A stretch of 64,000 nucleotides of DNA from Thermoanaerobaculia bacterium (GCA_942492505.1 CALOFD010000029.1:3967-67966), one strand, 5' to 3'; positions 27,469-37,467 are shown, counted from the first letter of the stretch. The notes: generated by a model not told the origin, from the sequence alone. Program-made: numbers and translations.

Positions 27469-28437
27469 ATGCTGCGATCCATCCTCCGCCCGTTGGCCGC
27501 CCTGCTGGCCACCTCGGCCCTGCTGTCCTCGACGGGTTCCACGCTCGCTTCTCCGGATTCCACCGAGGACGTCGTGCCTGCCTACGACGATGAGGGCCGC
27601 CTGCTTCTCCCCCAGGACTGGCAACGCTGGGTCCTGGCGGGGTCGTCGCTCGGACTCAGCTATACGGAAGGCGAGGCCGGTCGGGAACTCTTTCACCAGA
27701 CCCTGATCGAACCCACGGCCTACGATCACTTCGTCGAGACCGGGGAGTTTCGCGAAGGAACGATGCTGGCCCTGGTCCTGCACGATCTGGGGGAAGGAGC
27801 GACGCCGAGTCGGCGAGGCACCTATGCCGACGACCTGGCGGCGGTCGAGATGGCGGTGAAGGACTCGTCGAGACCGCGCGACGAGGCCTGGGCCTACTAC
27901 AACTTCGCCGGCACCGACGGTCTGGTGGAATCGGCGAGGGCCTTTCCCGCGCGCACCTGTCACGCCTGCCATGCCGAGCACGCCGCCTACGACAACGTCT
28001 TCATGCAGTTCTACTCCCTGCTGCGTTCAGCCGCTCCCGATCCGAGCCGATTCGAGACGGCAGCAGAGGTGGCGGTGGGGCACCCGACGGCGGTGGATTC
28101 GCTTTCCGGCGAGCCGCAGGCGATCGATCCCGAGGCCACTCTGGCCCTCGGGGGCCTCGATCCGGTGCAGCTGATCGAAGGTCGCAGCGAGATGGGCAAG
28201 GCCGAGATCATCGCCAGCCACGAGGGCCTGCTCTATCGCTTCCTCAGCGAGCCCTCTCGGGCCGCCTTTGCAGCCGATCCGGAGCGCTACAGCGTGCAGA
28301 ACGAAGCTTGCCTGGTCGTTCAGGGAGCCCCCAACGATCCGGCGGTCTTCGCCGTCCACGAAGGCCGCATCTACGGCTTCGCGACGCCCGGCTGTGTCGC
28401 CAGTTTTCTGGCCTCCCCCGCCAGCTACCTCGACTGA
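27469..28437 (+). CDS. Cytochrome P460/c'-beta family c-type cytochrome fused to a YHS domain
   Basis: Signal peptide; RLLLP.DW.RW...G, FREGT, CHACH heme motif near the domain end, FMQFY; then ALGGLDPV...YRF.S..R.AF...PERY (YHS). Confidence 0.8.
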   Translation: MLRSILRPLAALLATSALLSSTGSTLASPDSTEDVVPAYDDEGRLLLPQDWQRWVLAGSSLGLSYTEGEAGRELFHQTLIEPTAYDHFVETGEFREGTMLALVLHDLGEGATPSRRGTYADDLAAVEMAVKDSSRPRDEAWAYYNFAGTDGLVESARAFPARTCHACHAEHAAYDNVFMQFYSLLRSAAPDPSRFETAAEVAVGHPTAVDSLSGEPQAIDPEATLALGGLDPVQLIEGRSEMGKAEIIASHEGLLYRFLSEPSRAAFAADPERYSVQNEACLVVQGAPNDPAVFAVHEGRIYGFATPGCVASFLASPASYLD

Positions 28438-28468
28438 CCCGTCAGCGATCAGCCGGCGCGCTGAGTGA

Positions 28469-30520
28469 TCAGCCGCCCCCTCCGGCCGTCGCCTCGGCCG
28501 GCGCGAGGGCGGTTTCCTCCGACCCCTTCGGTGAGTGCTTCTCGAACCAGTAGCGCAGGTAGAGCTGGGTTCGCAGGAAGTTCGAGGGTTTCGAGGAAGT
28601 GCCGTGGTACTCCTCGTTGAAACGGACCATGGCGGTGGGGACCTTGCGCATCTTGAGCGCCTGGTAGTACTCCTCGGTCTGAGACATCGGAGTGCGAAGG
28701 TCCTTGACGCCGGTCATCAGCATGGTCGGCGTCGTCACGTTGCCGACGTACATCAGCGGCGAACGGCGCAGATGCTCGGAGGGGTCTTCCCAGAAGTTCT
28801 TCTCGAAGTTCCGGTACCAGTAGTTCGGTCCGTCGGTCGTGCCGACGAACGAAAGCCAGTTGGTCACCGGACAGTTGGCCGACGCGGCCGCGAAACGGTC
28901 CGTATGGCCCACCACCCACGACGTCAGCACGCCGCCGCCTGAACAGCCGTAGACGAACATCCGCGATTCATCGACGTAGCCGCGCGACAGAACCTGGTCG
29001 ACACCGGCCATCAGGTCGTCGTAGTCCTTCGACGGGTAGGCCCACAGGATCTCATTGCCGAACTCGCTGCCGTAGCCCGACGAGCCGCGCGGGTTGGTGT
29101 AGAGAACGACGTAGCCGCGAGCCGCATGCTCCTGCCAGGAGAAGCTGAATCCGACGTTGTACATGCCATGGGGGCCGCCGTGGATCGCCAGCATCAAGGG
29201 GTACTGCTTCGTCGGATCGAAGTCCGGCGGCTTGACGATCCATCCCTGGATCTCGAGGTCGTCGACCGAGGTATAGCGGATCTCTTCGACGTCGCCGAGG
29301 GTGACGCCTTCGAGGATGTCGTCGTTGACGAAGGTCAACTGCTCGAGTTCCCCGCTGCCGGTGTCGATGGTGACGACGTCGCCCGCCTCATACGGCGAAG
29401 TGGCGGTGCCCACCGCGGTGGTCCCGGAGAAGCTGTCGACCGTCAGCATGTGAACGCCCGTCGTGACCTGTCGCAGCCTGCCGTCGAGGTCGGCTCGCCA
29501 GAGGTTTCGCGTCCCGCTGTCCGAAGCGTTGAAGTAGACGGCGCTCGAATCGTCGGCCCAGCGCAGGTCGGTGGGCGAGCGGTCGAGGTCGTTGCTGATC
29601 ACGCGCTGTTGGCTGCCGTCGATCCGCATCACCGACAGTCGTGAGTCGGTGTAGGTGTCGCGACTCCAGTCGAAGCCGGTGTAGGCCACCCACGAGCCGT
29701 CCGGGGAAACGACCGGTGAGGAGTCGGGACCGCTGCGGGTGGTCAGCTGGCGCAGCGTACCGTCGCGGGTGTCGACGGCCCAGACGTCGGACTGTCGGAT
29801 CAGGTATTCCCAGTCTTCGTCGCGCAGCGCCGAGAACAGGATTTCGCCGCCATCGGGGGTCCAGGAGAGCCCGTCCTGGCCGTGGTTGAAATCACCTTCG
29901 GTCAGCTGGCGTGGCGTGCCGCCGCTCGCCGGAACGGTGAAGACATGCTGGAAACCCTCTTCGATGAAGCCCTGACGGTCGCGCCGATAGACCATTCGAT
30001 CGACGATGCGGGGACTCTCGGTCCACTTCGCTCCTTCCGGGGCCTTCGGCATGTCGATCTTCCAGGCCTCTTTCGCCGGTACCAGCGCGACGAAAGCGAT
30101 CCTTTCGCCGTCGGGAGACCATTCCAGCGATCCGGGCGTCTCTTCGACTCGGGTGATCTGGGTCGTTCCGCCCTCGCTGTCCATCCAGCGCACGAAGATC
30201 TGTTGCCCCTGGGGTTCTCCAGCAGCGAGGTAGGCGAGGCGGGTGCCGTCGGGAGACCAGCGCGGCGAAGAGCCCTCGAGCAGGAAGCGATTGCGGCTTC
30301 CGTCGGCATTCATGATCCAGATCGCGGATTTCCAGTCGTCGGCGATCTTGTCGACCCATCGTCGGGCGTACACGATGCGGGTCCCGTCGGGCGAGATCCG
30401 GGCATCGCTGACGCGTTCGAAATCGAGCCACTGCTGAAGCTGGAGCGTATCCTCGGAGGGTGCGGCTCGAAGGCCGGTCGCCATGGAGAGGAGGAGGGCG
30501 AAGATGAGTCCGTGGCGCAT
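28469..30520 (-). CDS. S9 family (prolyl oligopeptidase/acylaminoacyl peptidase) secreted peptidase
   Basis: Signal peptide; PD40/WD repeats (SPDG); IHGGPH, NPRGS.GYG, GCSGGG nucleophile, D.RT and EEYHG. Confidence 0.93.
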   Translation of the reverse strand: MRHGLIFALLLSMATGLRAAPSEDTLQLQQWLDFERVSDARISPDGTRIVYARRWVDKIADDWKSAIWIMNADGSRNRFLLEGSSPRWSPDGTRLAYLAAGEPQGQQIFVRWMDSEGGTTQITRVEETPGSLEWSPDGERIAFVALVPAKEAWKIDMPKAPEGAKWTESPRIVDRMVYRRDRQGFIEEGFQHVFTVPASGGTPRQLTEGDFNHGQDGLSWTPDGGEILFSALRDEDWEYLIRQSDVWAVDTRDGTLRQLTTRSGPDSSPVVSPDGSWVAYTGFDWSRDTYTDSRLSVMRIDGSQQRVISNDLDRSPTDLRWADDSSAVYFNASDSGTRNLWRADLDGRLRQVTTGVHMLTVDSFSGTTAVGTATSPYEAGDVVTIDTGSGELEQLTFVNDDILEGVTLGDVEEIRYTSVDDLEIQGWIVKPPDFDPTKQYPLMLAIHGGPHGMYNVGFSFSWQEHAARGYVVLYTNPRGSSGYGSEFGNEILWAYPSKDYDDLMAGVDQVLSRGYVDESRMFVYGCSGGGVLTSWVVGHTDRFAAASANCPVTNWLSFVGTTDGPNYWYRNFEKNFWEDPSEHLRRSPLMYVGNVTTPTMLMTGVKDLRTPMSQTEEYYQALKMRKVPTAMVRFNEEYHGTSSKPSNFLRTQLYLRYWFEKHSPKGSEETALAPAEATAGGGG

Positions 30521-30658
30521 GAGGGTCCTTTCTGCGGAGATGGAACTCCGATCCTATCGGAGCGCCGATCCGTGTCGTGCCGTCGCGCCCTTTCCCAGTC
30601 TCGGAAGGTCGTGCCCGGAGTGCTACGCTCGCAGATCCCCACTCGACCGTCGGGCCGG

Positions 30659-31471
30659 ATGATGTACAACGACTTCTACGGTTTCAAGAAAGCACCGTTC
30701 AACATCACCCCCGATCCGCGCTTCCTGTTTTTCGGAGAGCGGCATCGGGAGGCCTTCGACCATCTGCTCTTCGGAGTCCGGGAGCGCAAGGGGTTCATCC
30801 AGATCACCGGCGAGGTAGGGGCCGGCAAGACGACCCTGTGCCGTGCCTTCCTGGAGACCCTTCCAAGCTCCTACAAGACCGCCCTCATCCTCAATCCGAA
30901 GATGACGGGCCCCCAGCTGTTGCGCACGATTCTCGAGGAACTCGGGGAAGAGCCGCACTTCGAACGTGCCTTGTGTCAGGCCGCGCTCAACGAATTCCTG
31001 CTGGCCCAGGTCCAGGAGGGCTGCGACGTCGTCCTGATCATCGACGAGGCCCAGGACCTGAGCCGCGCCCTGCTCGAGGAAGTCCGCTTGTTGTCGAACC
31101 TCGAGACCGATCAGCAGAAGTTGCTGCAGATCGTTCTGGTCGGGCAACCCGAGCTGCGCAAGACGCTCGACTCCGAGGATCTGCGTCAGCTCCGCCAGCG
31201 CATCACGGTCAGGTACCACATCTCCCCGCTGAGCCTGCATGAGACCCGTTACTACATCCAGCACCGCCTGGAGGTCGCGGGAGCCAACGGGCGACCGACG
31301 TTCACGCCCTGGGCGATCCGGATGATCCAACGCTACTCGAGAGGGATCCCGCGCCTGATCAATGCGGTGTGCGACAAGACTCTCCTGTGCGGCTACGTCG
31401 ACGACACCGGCGAACTCAACGTTCGCCACGTTCGCCGAGCGGTTCGCGAGCTCGAAGGGCAGGCGGCATGA
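30659..31471 (+). CDS. ExeA/GspA-type AAA ATPase (short form, no peptidoglycan-binding domain)
   Basis: MY..FYGF...PF.ITPDPRF, TGEVGAGKTT, IIDEAQ, LVGQPEL, LRQLRQRI and S.GIPRLIN. Confidence 0.9.
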   Translation: MMYNDFYGFKKAPFNITPDPRFLFFGERHREAFDHLLFGVRERKGFIQITGEVGAGKTTLCRAFLETLPSSYKTALILNPKMTGPQLLRTILEELGEEPHFERALCQAALNEFLLAQVQEGCDVVLIIDEAQDLSRALLEEVRLLSNLETDQQKLLQIVLVGQPELRKTLDSEDLRQLRQRITVRYHISPLSLHETRYYIQHRLEVAGANGRPTFTPWAIRMIQRYSRGIPRLINAVCDKTLLCGYVDDTGELNVRHVRRAVRELEGQAA

Positions 31472-32253
31472 GCCTGATCAACGAGGCCCTGCAGCGCGCC
31501 CGCGAGGAGGCTGCAGCCCGCCTCGAAGCAGAAGACCTGCCGGGCACCTACCTGACGGCACCGCGCCACATGCCGCCGAGAGCCGTGTGGCGTCGCAACC
31601 TCGCAATCGGGGTCGTGGCGTCGATGACGGTCGCCGTCGCGGTGTGGTTGTGGCTCGGCCGATCGGTCCCGAACGGAGAGCCGCCGGCCGTTGCCTCCCT
31701 CGAAGTGGCCGAGTCTCTCTCACAGCCGCAGCCTCAGTCGCAGCTACAGCCGGTGGACGACCGACGCCTCGATTCGCCTGCGACCGAGTCGTCGGCGCGG
31801 GTGGAGACTCTCCCTTCGGCGCCCTCCGACGCACCTTCGGCCGAGGACTCGAGCGGCTCTCCGTCGGCGACCGGATCGGCTCTCGCGGCGGCCGGCGAGT
31901 CGTCGCCGCAGCCGGCCACGACAGCGCCCCGCGAACGACCGTCCGACCCACCGAGGGTGGAGGTCGCCGACTCGCGACCTTCCGCCTTCGACGACATTCC
32001 CTTCGTCGAACCCGACCTGGGTGATGAGTCGTCGGCTGCGCGAGCCCTCAACGGAAGAGTCTTCATCCGCGAAGTGGACCTGCCCGGCTACGGCTCCGTG
32101 GAGCTGTCCGGGATCGCCGGGTCGGTGGCCGTCCTTGGCGGGCGAATCGTCAGCCGGGGAGAGCGAGTCGGCGGCTTCGAACTCGCGGAGATCGAAACGG
32201 ACGGCGTCGTGTTCTCGGGTCGAGGCGCCACCTTCCGTCTCAAGCTGCGCTGA
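31468..32253 (+). CDS. ExeB/GspB-like membrane-anchored protein
   Basis: ATGA overlap with the ATPase; MSLINEALQRA start, one TM, Pro/Ser/Ala-rich linker, short C-terminal beta domain. Confidence 0.7.
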   Translation: MSLINEALQRAREEAAARLEAEDLPGTYLTAPRHMPPRAVWRRNLAIGVVASMTVAVAVWLWLGRSVPNGEPPAVASLEVAESLSQPQPQSQLQPVDDRRLDSPATESSARVETLPSAPSDAPSAEDSSGSPSATGSALAAAGESSPQPATTAPRERPSDPPRVEVADSRPSAFDDIPFVEPDLGDESSAARALNGRVFIREVDLPGYGSVELSGIAGSVAVLGGRIVSRGERVGGFELAEIETDGVVFSGRGATFRLKLR

Positions 32254-32320
32254 TCCTCGCGGATCGGAGGATGAGGAGCGTGGGCGGAGCCCGGTGTGAA
32301 TCGGGCTCCGCGTGTCGCCG

Positions 32321-32695
32321 TCAGGCGATCTGGTAGAGGAACTCCTCCTGGGCGATCTTGCCGTTCTCCAGGGTGTAGATCCCGACCTCGTTCATCTGCA
32401 TCCTCTCGCCGCCGGTGGGGGTGACGTCGAGGAAGAAGTGGACGACGAACTGATCGTCGCGGTGGCCGGCGAACGGTCCGGTCGCCTTCGTCTCGTGGAC
32501 TTCGTGGTTGGCGAACCACCACTCGTTCTTGCCTCGAATCGCGTCGATGCCTTCCATTCGAGCGGGCATCTCCTCCGTGCCCTGTCCTTCGATGCTGACC
32601 ACGTCATCCGCGTAGAGCGTGTCGACGCACTCCTCAGCCTTGCCCTGGTTGAAGAGCGTGACGAGTTGTGTGCCGATCTCGATTGCCTGTGTCAT
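32321..32695 (-). CDS. SnoaL-like/NTF2 fold protein
   Basis: LYADDVVSIE, G.DAI..K..WW and MNEVGIYT...GKI..EEF.Y. Confidence 0.85.
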   Translation of the reverse strand: MTQAIEIGTQLVTLFNQGKAEECVDTLYADDVVSIEGQGTEEMPARMEGIDAIRGKNEWWFANHEVHETKATGPFAGHRDDQFVVHFFLDVTPTGGERMQMNEVGIYTLENGKIAQEEFLYQIA

Positions 32696-32866
32696 GTCTG
32701 CCTCTCCTGAAGTCGGAGTTCGACCGCCGGATCCGACCCCACGTCGGACATCTCAGCTTGCGAACTCTGTTGATTACGCCTTAGTTACGTCTTCGGCGAG
32801 GAGATGGTTTCATCCGCAGCCTCGAAAGTCGAGAGGGCGGCGGACTCCGCAGGGTCCGGGGTCGGC

Positions 32867-33940
32867 TCAGTCGAACTTTCTGTTCAACCAGTCGATCATG
32901 ATCCGGTTGACCTCGTCGGGTTTCTCCTGCTGGGTCCAGTGGCCGCTTCCCAGGACCGTGTGCTTCTCGAGGTCGGCGATGAAATCTTCCATGCCGTCGG
33001 CCGAGGAAGGCGGCAGGATGACGTCGTTCTCCGCCCCGATGTAGAGGCTGGGGACGTCGATCGTCCAACTGGCGGGACGAAGCTTCGAGAAACCGCTGCC
33101 GGCGGCCCGGTACCAGTTCAGGCCACCGGTGAAGCCGGTTGCCGTGAAGGTGCTCACGAAGTAGGCGATCTCGTCCTCTGAGAGGAAGGCCTCGGCCGGA
33201 TAGCCCGGCTTCTGGATCAGGGCGAGGAGATCCATCTGCCGCTCCGGGGAGTCCTCGGGGAGTTTGGCGAACTCCTCCCGATTCCAGATACCGCCTCGGC
33301 TCAGCATCACGTCGAACGAGTGTCGGACGTCCGCTTCCAGCACCGCCTCAGCTCGCCCGGGAACCTGGAATTGCAGCGCGTAGTAGTTGGGACCCATGAC
33401 GATCAGGGACGGTTCCGAATCCTCGACCGGCGGCAGGCCGGGCGGGCGGCTGGCCGGTGTGTTGAGCCCGATGATGCCGGCCACCCGCTGCGGGTACAGT
33501 CGCGGCATGGCCCAGACCACTCCGCCTCCCCAGTCGTGGCCGACGAAGACCGCCTTCTCGATCCCGAGGACGTCGAGCAGCCCGACCAGGTCGGCCGTGA
33601 GCTGCTGGATCTCGTAGGCCGAGACCTCTTCGGGGCGTTCGGTGAGGCCGTAGCCGCGCTGGTCGGGGGCGATGGTCTGGAAGCCGGCGGCGCTCAGCGC
33701 CTCGATCTGGTATCGCCAGGAGAAAGCCAGCTCCGGAAAACCGTGGCAGAAGACGAGCGGAAGGCCTTCACCCTGGATGTAGACCCCCATCTGGATGCCG
33801 TTGGTTTCGATGAAGCGGGGAACCGGCATCTGTGGCGCGGGATGCACTTCACCGACCTCGGCGGAAAGGGAGGTGCTGATGCCGGCCGCTGCGAGCAGCA
33901 GAGCCGCCAGCGCGAAAGGGAAACGGGTCGTCGGTCTCAT
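32867..33940 (-). CDS. Alpha/beta hydrolase, epoxide hydrolase-like, with signal peptide
   Basis: CHGFPE, PDQRGYG, GHDWGG, LNWYR and GHWTQQE.P. Confidence 0.92.
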   Translation of the reverse strand: MRPTTRFPFALAALLLAAAGISTSLSAEVGEVHPAPQMPVPRFIETNGIQMGVYIQGEGLPLVFCHGFPELAFSWRYQIEALSAAGFQTIAPDQRGYGLTERPEEVSAYEIQQLTADLVGLLDVLGIEKAVFVGHDWGGGVVWAMPRLYPQRVAGIIGLNTPASRPPGLPPVEDSEPSLIVMGPNYYALQFQVPGRAEAVLEADVRHSFDVMLSRGGIWNREEFAKLPEDSPERQMDLLALIQKPGYPAEAFLSEDEIAYFVSTFTATGFTGGLNWYRAAGSGFSKLRPASWTIDVPSLYIGAENDVILPPSSADGMEDFIADLEKHTVLGSGHWTQQEKPDEVNRIMIDWLNRKFD

Positions 33941-33958
33941 GGTTGTTCTCCAGGGTTC

Positions 33959-34411
33959 TCAAGCGTCTTCGTGAACGGGAACGATGACCACGGTCCGCTC
34001 GGCGCGCCGAACCAGGGCATCGACGGTGCTTCCGACCAGGAACCGGTGCAGGGCGCCCTGGCCGTGGCTGCCGACGACGATGAGTCGACAGTCGTGTTTG
34101 TCGGCCTGCTCGAGGATGACTTGCGCCGTCGCTCCCTCGACCAGCAGGGCCAGCGTCTCGATGCCGTCGGCTTCCAGCCTGGATGCCTCTTCCTGGAGCG
34201 TACGGTGCTCCTCGCGCAACTCGCCGGCGCGATCGCTGCGGTCGTAGGCGCCGCCCTCCTGGTCGTAGCCGATGAAGGCGGGCTCCGGCGCTGCGGCATG
34301 CAGCAGCACGATCCCGAGACCGAGGGCCCTGGCCAGATAGCCGCCCTCCTCGATGACCTGCTTCGAAGCGGGCGAGAAGTCGATGCAGACCAGAATGGAA
34401 GCGTCGCTCAC
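33959..34411 (-). CDS. Universal stress protein
   Basis: ILVCIDFS..S, LIVVGSHG and LVGST...LVR.A...V.IVP. Confidence 0.92.
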   Translation of the reverse strand: MSDASILVCIDFSPASKQVIEEGGYLARALGLGIVLLHAAAPEPAFIGYDQEGGAYDRSDRAGELREEHRTLQEEASRLEADGIETLALLVEGATAQVILEQADKHDCRLIVVGSHGQGALHRFLVGSTVDALVRRAERTVVIVPVHEDA

Positions 34412-35352
34412 GAGAGGGCCTCCGCAGGCGGCTCCCAGCCGTAGTCGAGGTAGCGCCAGTCGAGACGATCACCGCGGAAGTCGAGGCGCACGTAGCCTTC
34501 CTCGAAGCCGTTTCGGGGTCCCTTCCACCAGTTGCCCGAAACGGCTCCGACGTTGGCGTACTGCGTTCCCTTGTACAGGAACGTCTCGTTGATGTGCAGG
34601 TGACCCGAGAGCACCAGTCGTACGTCGTGCCTCTCGATCACCTCGGCCACCGCATTGGAGTTGACCACCGAGATCCCGGAGGGAATGCCTTCGGCGGTGC
34701 CTCGCAGCAGCTCGATGAAGTTGCTGAAGATGGGGACATGGGTGGCGATGACGGTGGGCTTGGCCGAGGTCGCGAGGTCGTCGGCGAGCCATGCCAGCTG
34801 CTCTTCATCGACCCAGCCCTTGTAGCTGGTGCCGTCGATGGCGACGGTGTCGAGGATCACGAAATGCCAACCTTCGTGATCGAACGAGGAGTAGGTGCTG
34901 CCCAGTCCATAGCGGTCGAGGAAGTACTGCTTGCCGTATTGCGGGTGGCTCTCGTCGAGCGGGCTCTCCTCGGCGATGCCGAGGATGTCGTGATTGCCGA
35001 GGCAGACGTGAATGTCCTGCTTGACGTCGGCGACGGCGGCCTCCCAGAGGGAGTACTGACGGTCGGCTTCGGCGACGTCGGTGCGCATGATGTCCATGGG
35101 CTGATCACCGCCCATGATCAAGACTTCGGGCGGCTTCTCCACGTCGAGGGCGTGGCGCAGGGCCTGTCGGAAGCCCTCCTCGGATCCGAGCTTGCCGTCG
35201 ACATGCGAATCGGTGAGAAAGCCGATCGAGAAATCGGGCGGCGGGGTCGCGAGAGGCGGAGGTGCAGCGGTCTGGCGGCAGGCGCCGAGTCCGATGGCGC
35301 CGGTGCCGAGAAGTCCGAGTCGGAGAAGTTCGCGTCGGGATACGGTCGACAT
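34408..35352 (-). CDS. Tat-exported calcineurin-like metallophosphoesterase (probable lipoprotein)
   Basis: SRRELL twin-arginine signal plus LGAC; TDSH, GGD, GNHD, THVP and SGHLH. Confidence 0.9.
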   Translation of the reverse strand: MSTVSRRELLRLGLLGTGAIGLGACRQTAAPPPLATPPPDFSIGFLTDSHVDGKLGSEEGFRQALRHALDVEKPPEVLIMGGDQPMDIMRTDVAEADRQYSLWEAAVADVKQDIHVCLGNHDILGIAEESPLDESHPQYGKQYFLDRYGLGSTYSSFDHEGWHFVILDTVAIDGTSYKGWVDEEQLAWLADDLATSAKPTVIATHVPIFSNFIELLRGTAEGIPSGISVVNSNAVAEVIERHDVRLVLSGHLHINETFLYKGTQYANVGAVSGNWWKGPRNGFEEGYVRLDFRGDRLDWRYLDYGWEPPAEALS

Positions 35353-35500
35353 GTTGAGTCCCCCTGCTGAGTCGTGAGGGTCGAGGATATCCGGAACCGC
35401 CCTTTCGGGAGGCTGGGTGCGGGGGGACCCGACCGCCGGTTCGACTGGAAGCGGGCGCAGATCGCCCTCGCAGCGACGTTGCGCCGGCCGGGGCCGGGTC

Positions 35501-36244
35501 TCATCGCAGCGCGGCCCGCAGGCCTCGAACCTCCTCGAGCAGCCTGCGGGCGGCGAGGATCTCGCCCCCCTGCGGTCGGGGATCCTCGCCGCCGATGTCG
35601 AGGTCGCCGTCGTCGTCTTCCGGGTCCCCCAGTCCCGAGGAGCGGTAGCGCCGCAGGGCCTCGGTGATCAGGTCGCGGACCTGCTGGGCGTTCGTGAGTC
35701 CTCGAAAAGAACCGAGGTGGGGATCGTTCTTCCAGGCCTGATCGGGATCGTCCTTCTTGCCGGCGCCACCCGCGGTACGAACTTCCAGGTCGGCGATTCC
35801 GAAGAGTCGCTGCAGGGGGCCCTGGCGGACCTCCATGTTCTGGATGTTGGCGACCGTCATGGTCTGCTCCCGAACCCGGAAGATGCCTTCCCGGATTCGC
35901 AGACAGCGATCCGAGACCATGTACCAGCGCAGTTCGTAGTTGAGCCGCAGCAGCATGAAACTGCCGACCGCCTGGAGGAGGAAGACGGCGATACCGACGG
36001 CCTCGATCCACCAGAGACTCTCCATCAGACTCTCGACCCTGCCGACGGTGAAGGTGAAGCCTCCGAGATAGGCGAGGATCCCCAGGATCGCTCCGAGTTG
36101 CTTGAACGCCCACTTGACCACCGTGTACTGGTAGTAGCGGGGCGCCGCCCGAAAGACGCTCAAGCTGTCCGGCGAGCCCGGCGGAGGCTGCGGCTCCGGC
36201 GGCACTCTCAGGAGGCGGGTGAGGAGTCTTTCGAGGCTCGTCAC
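35501..36244 (-). CDS. Membrane protein with bacterial PH (bPH_2) domain
   Basis: Two TMs then Y...DR.LRIREGIF...E......IQN....QGPLQRLFGIA.L...TAGG. Confidence 0.82.
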   Translation of the reverse strand: MTSLERLLTRLLRVPPEPQPPPGSPDSLSVFRAAPRYYQYTVVKWAFKQLGAILGILAYLGGFTFTVGRVESLMESLWWIEAVGIAVFLLQAVGSFMLLRLNYELRWYMVSDRCLRIREGIFRVREQTMTVANIQNMEVRQGPLQRLFGIADLEVRTAGGAGKKDDPDQAWKNDPHLGSFRGLTNAQQVRDLITEALRRYRSSGLGDPEDDDGDLDIGGEDPRPQGGEILAARRLLEEVRGLRAALR

Positions 36245-36846
36245 GATCGACTTCGGTCGCCGGTTCCGCCCGGGTTGAGCGCCGCCAGCTCGGTTCGCAG
36301 GGCTGCGACCTCGTCGGCGATCGAGTGGAGGATTCGAGCCAGCTCGTCGGAATCGGTCGAGAGGTGTCCGGGCGATCCGCCCGGCGTCGGGGAGGAAGCC
36401 ACCGGGGCCATACCCTCGGCGACCGTCGGCCGGAGGCCGCGATTCTGCGCCCGGGCACCCCGCATCCGGGTGTAGAGAAAGTCGCGAATCGAATCGAACT
36501 CCTTGAGCCCTTCGATCGTGATCTCGGCGCTCGACGAGCCGCTGGCGGTCTGGATCTGGATGCGGGCCAGCCCCAGGAAGCGTTCGACGGCGTTCGACGC
36601 GAGGTGGATGTCCTGGATCCTGGAATAGGTCAGGCTGATCTCTCGCCGGAACAGGATTCCCCAGCGCATGGAGATGCCTTCGTCGTCGAAGCGGTAGCGC
36701 AGGGTCCTGAAGCGGAGATACGAAGGAATCAGTAGAACGGGGAAGAACGGCCCGAGGATCAGGGATCGCAGAACGTAGTACTTGAGCAGGTCTTCATGGG
36801 GACGATCGAGGGCGTGGATGGCCCCGTCATCGCGAAGACTCGACAC
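36241..36846 (-). CDS. Membrane protein with bacterial PH (bPH_2) domain
   Basis: LRYRFDDEGI...WGILFR.E..L.Y.RIQD......ER.LG.A.I.IQTASG. Confidence 0.82.
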   Translation of the reverse strand: MSSLRDDGAIHALDRPHEDLLKYYVLRSLILGPFFPVLLIPSYLRFRTLRYRFDDEGISMRWGILFRREISLTYSRIQDIHLASNAVERFLGLARIQIQTASGSSSAEITIEGLKEFDSIRDFLYTRMRGARAQNRGLRPTVAEGMAPVASSPTPGGSPGHLSTDSDELARILHSIADEVAALRTELAALNPGGTGDRSRS

Positions 36847-36858
36847 TCGGGGTCCCCC

Positions 36859-37467
36859 TCAGGGAGTCACGGCGAACCGGGCCAGTTCGCTGCGAATGGG
36901 TTCGATGGCCCGGGAGAGGGCTTCACTCATCGCCTCCACGATGTCGCCGACCTCCTCGGTCTGGGTGGAACCCTGCGCCATGAGCACCTGGCTCCAGAGT
37001 TCTTCGCCGCCTCTGTCCGTCAGTCGGAGATCGAAGTGGAGAACGACGTTCTGGCTGCCGGGAGTGTCGATCTCCTCGACCCGCGTCACGCGGCCGTGGA
37101 GAAACAGACCGTAGGCGGTATTCGGCACGACCGGCTCGATCCGACCGACGCCGTCGATTCCCTGCAGCGACGAGGCCACGACCGTGGGCAGCATCCTGGC
37201 GAGTGGGGCCGCCCAGCGGTGGTACTGGTAGAAGTTGACCTCAGGCGAGTCTCCATGTCGGTAGACGATGCGGTCGTCGTCGTAGGGAGGATCGACCTGG
37301 AAAGTCCTCACACCGATCCATGGACCCGACTGAGTCGAGTCGCCGGCCGTCTCGCCGGCCTGGAGGACGTAGTAGTGCGTCGGCGGCATCGACGAACAGC
37401 CGACGATCGACAGGCCGAGCACGGCGACGGCGAACAGGACCTGGGCTGGGGATCTTTTCGGGTTCAC
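36859..37467 (-). CDS. PqiC-like ABC-type transport auxiliary lipoprotein
   Basis: Start GTG 37467; lipobox SIVGC; THYY.L, RIVYR and Y..HRWAAP. The upstream part of ORF 36859..38487 is shadow. Confidence 0.82.
   Translation of the reverse strand: MNPKRSPAQVLFAVAVLGLSIVGCSSMPPTHYYVLQAGETAGDSTQSGPWIGVRTFQVDPPYDDDRIVYRHGDSPEVNFYQYHRWAAPLARMLPTVVASSLQGIDGVGRIEPVVPNTAYGLFLHGRVTRVEEIDTPGSQNVVLHFDLRLTDRGGEELWSQVLMAQGSTQTEEVGDIVEAMSEALSRAIEPIRSELARFAVTP

Noticed and set aside
28469-30520. Unusual GCSGGG nucleophile elbow in the S9 peptidase
   Set aside because: It still fits GxSxG with Asp and His present; an ordinary family variant.
29882-30658. N-terminal extension of the ExeA-like ORF
   Set aside because: It is antisense to the S9 peptidase; the conserved ExeA start (MYxxFYG) is at 30659/30662.
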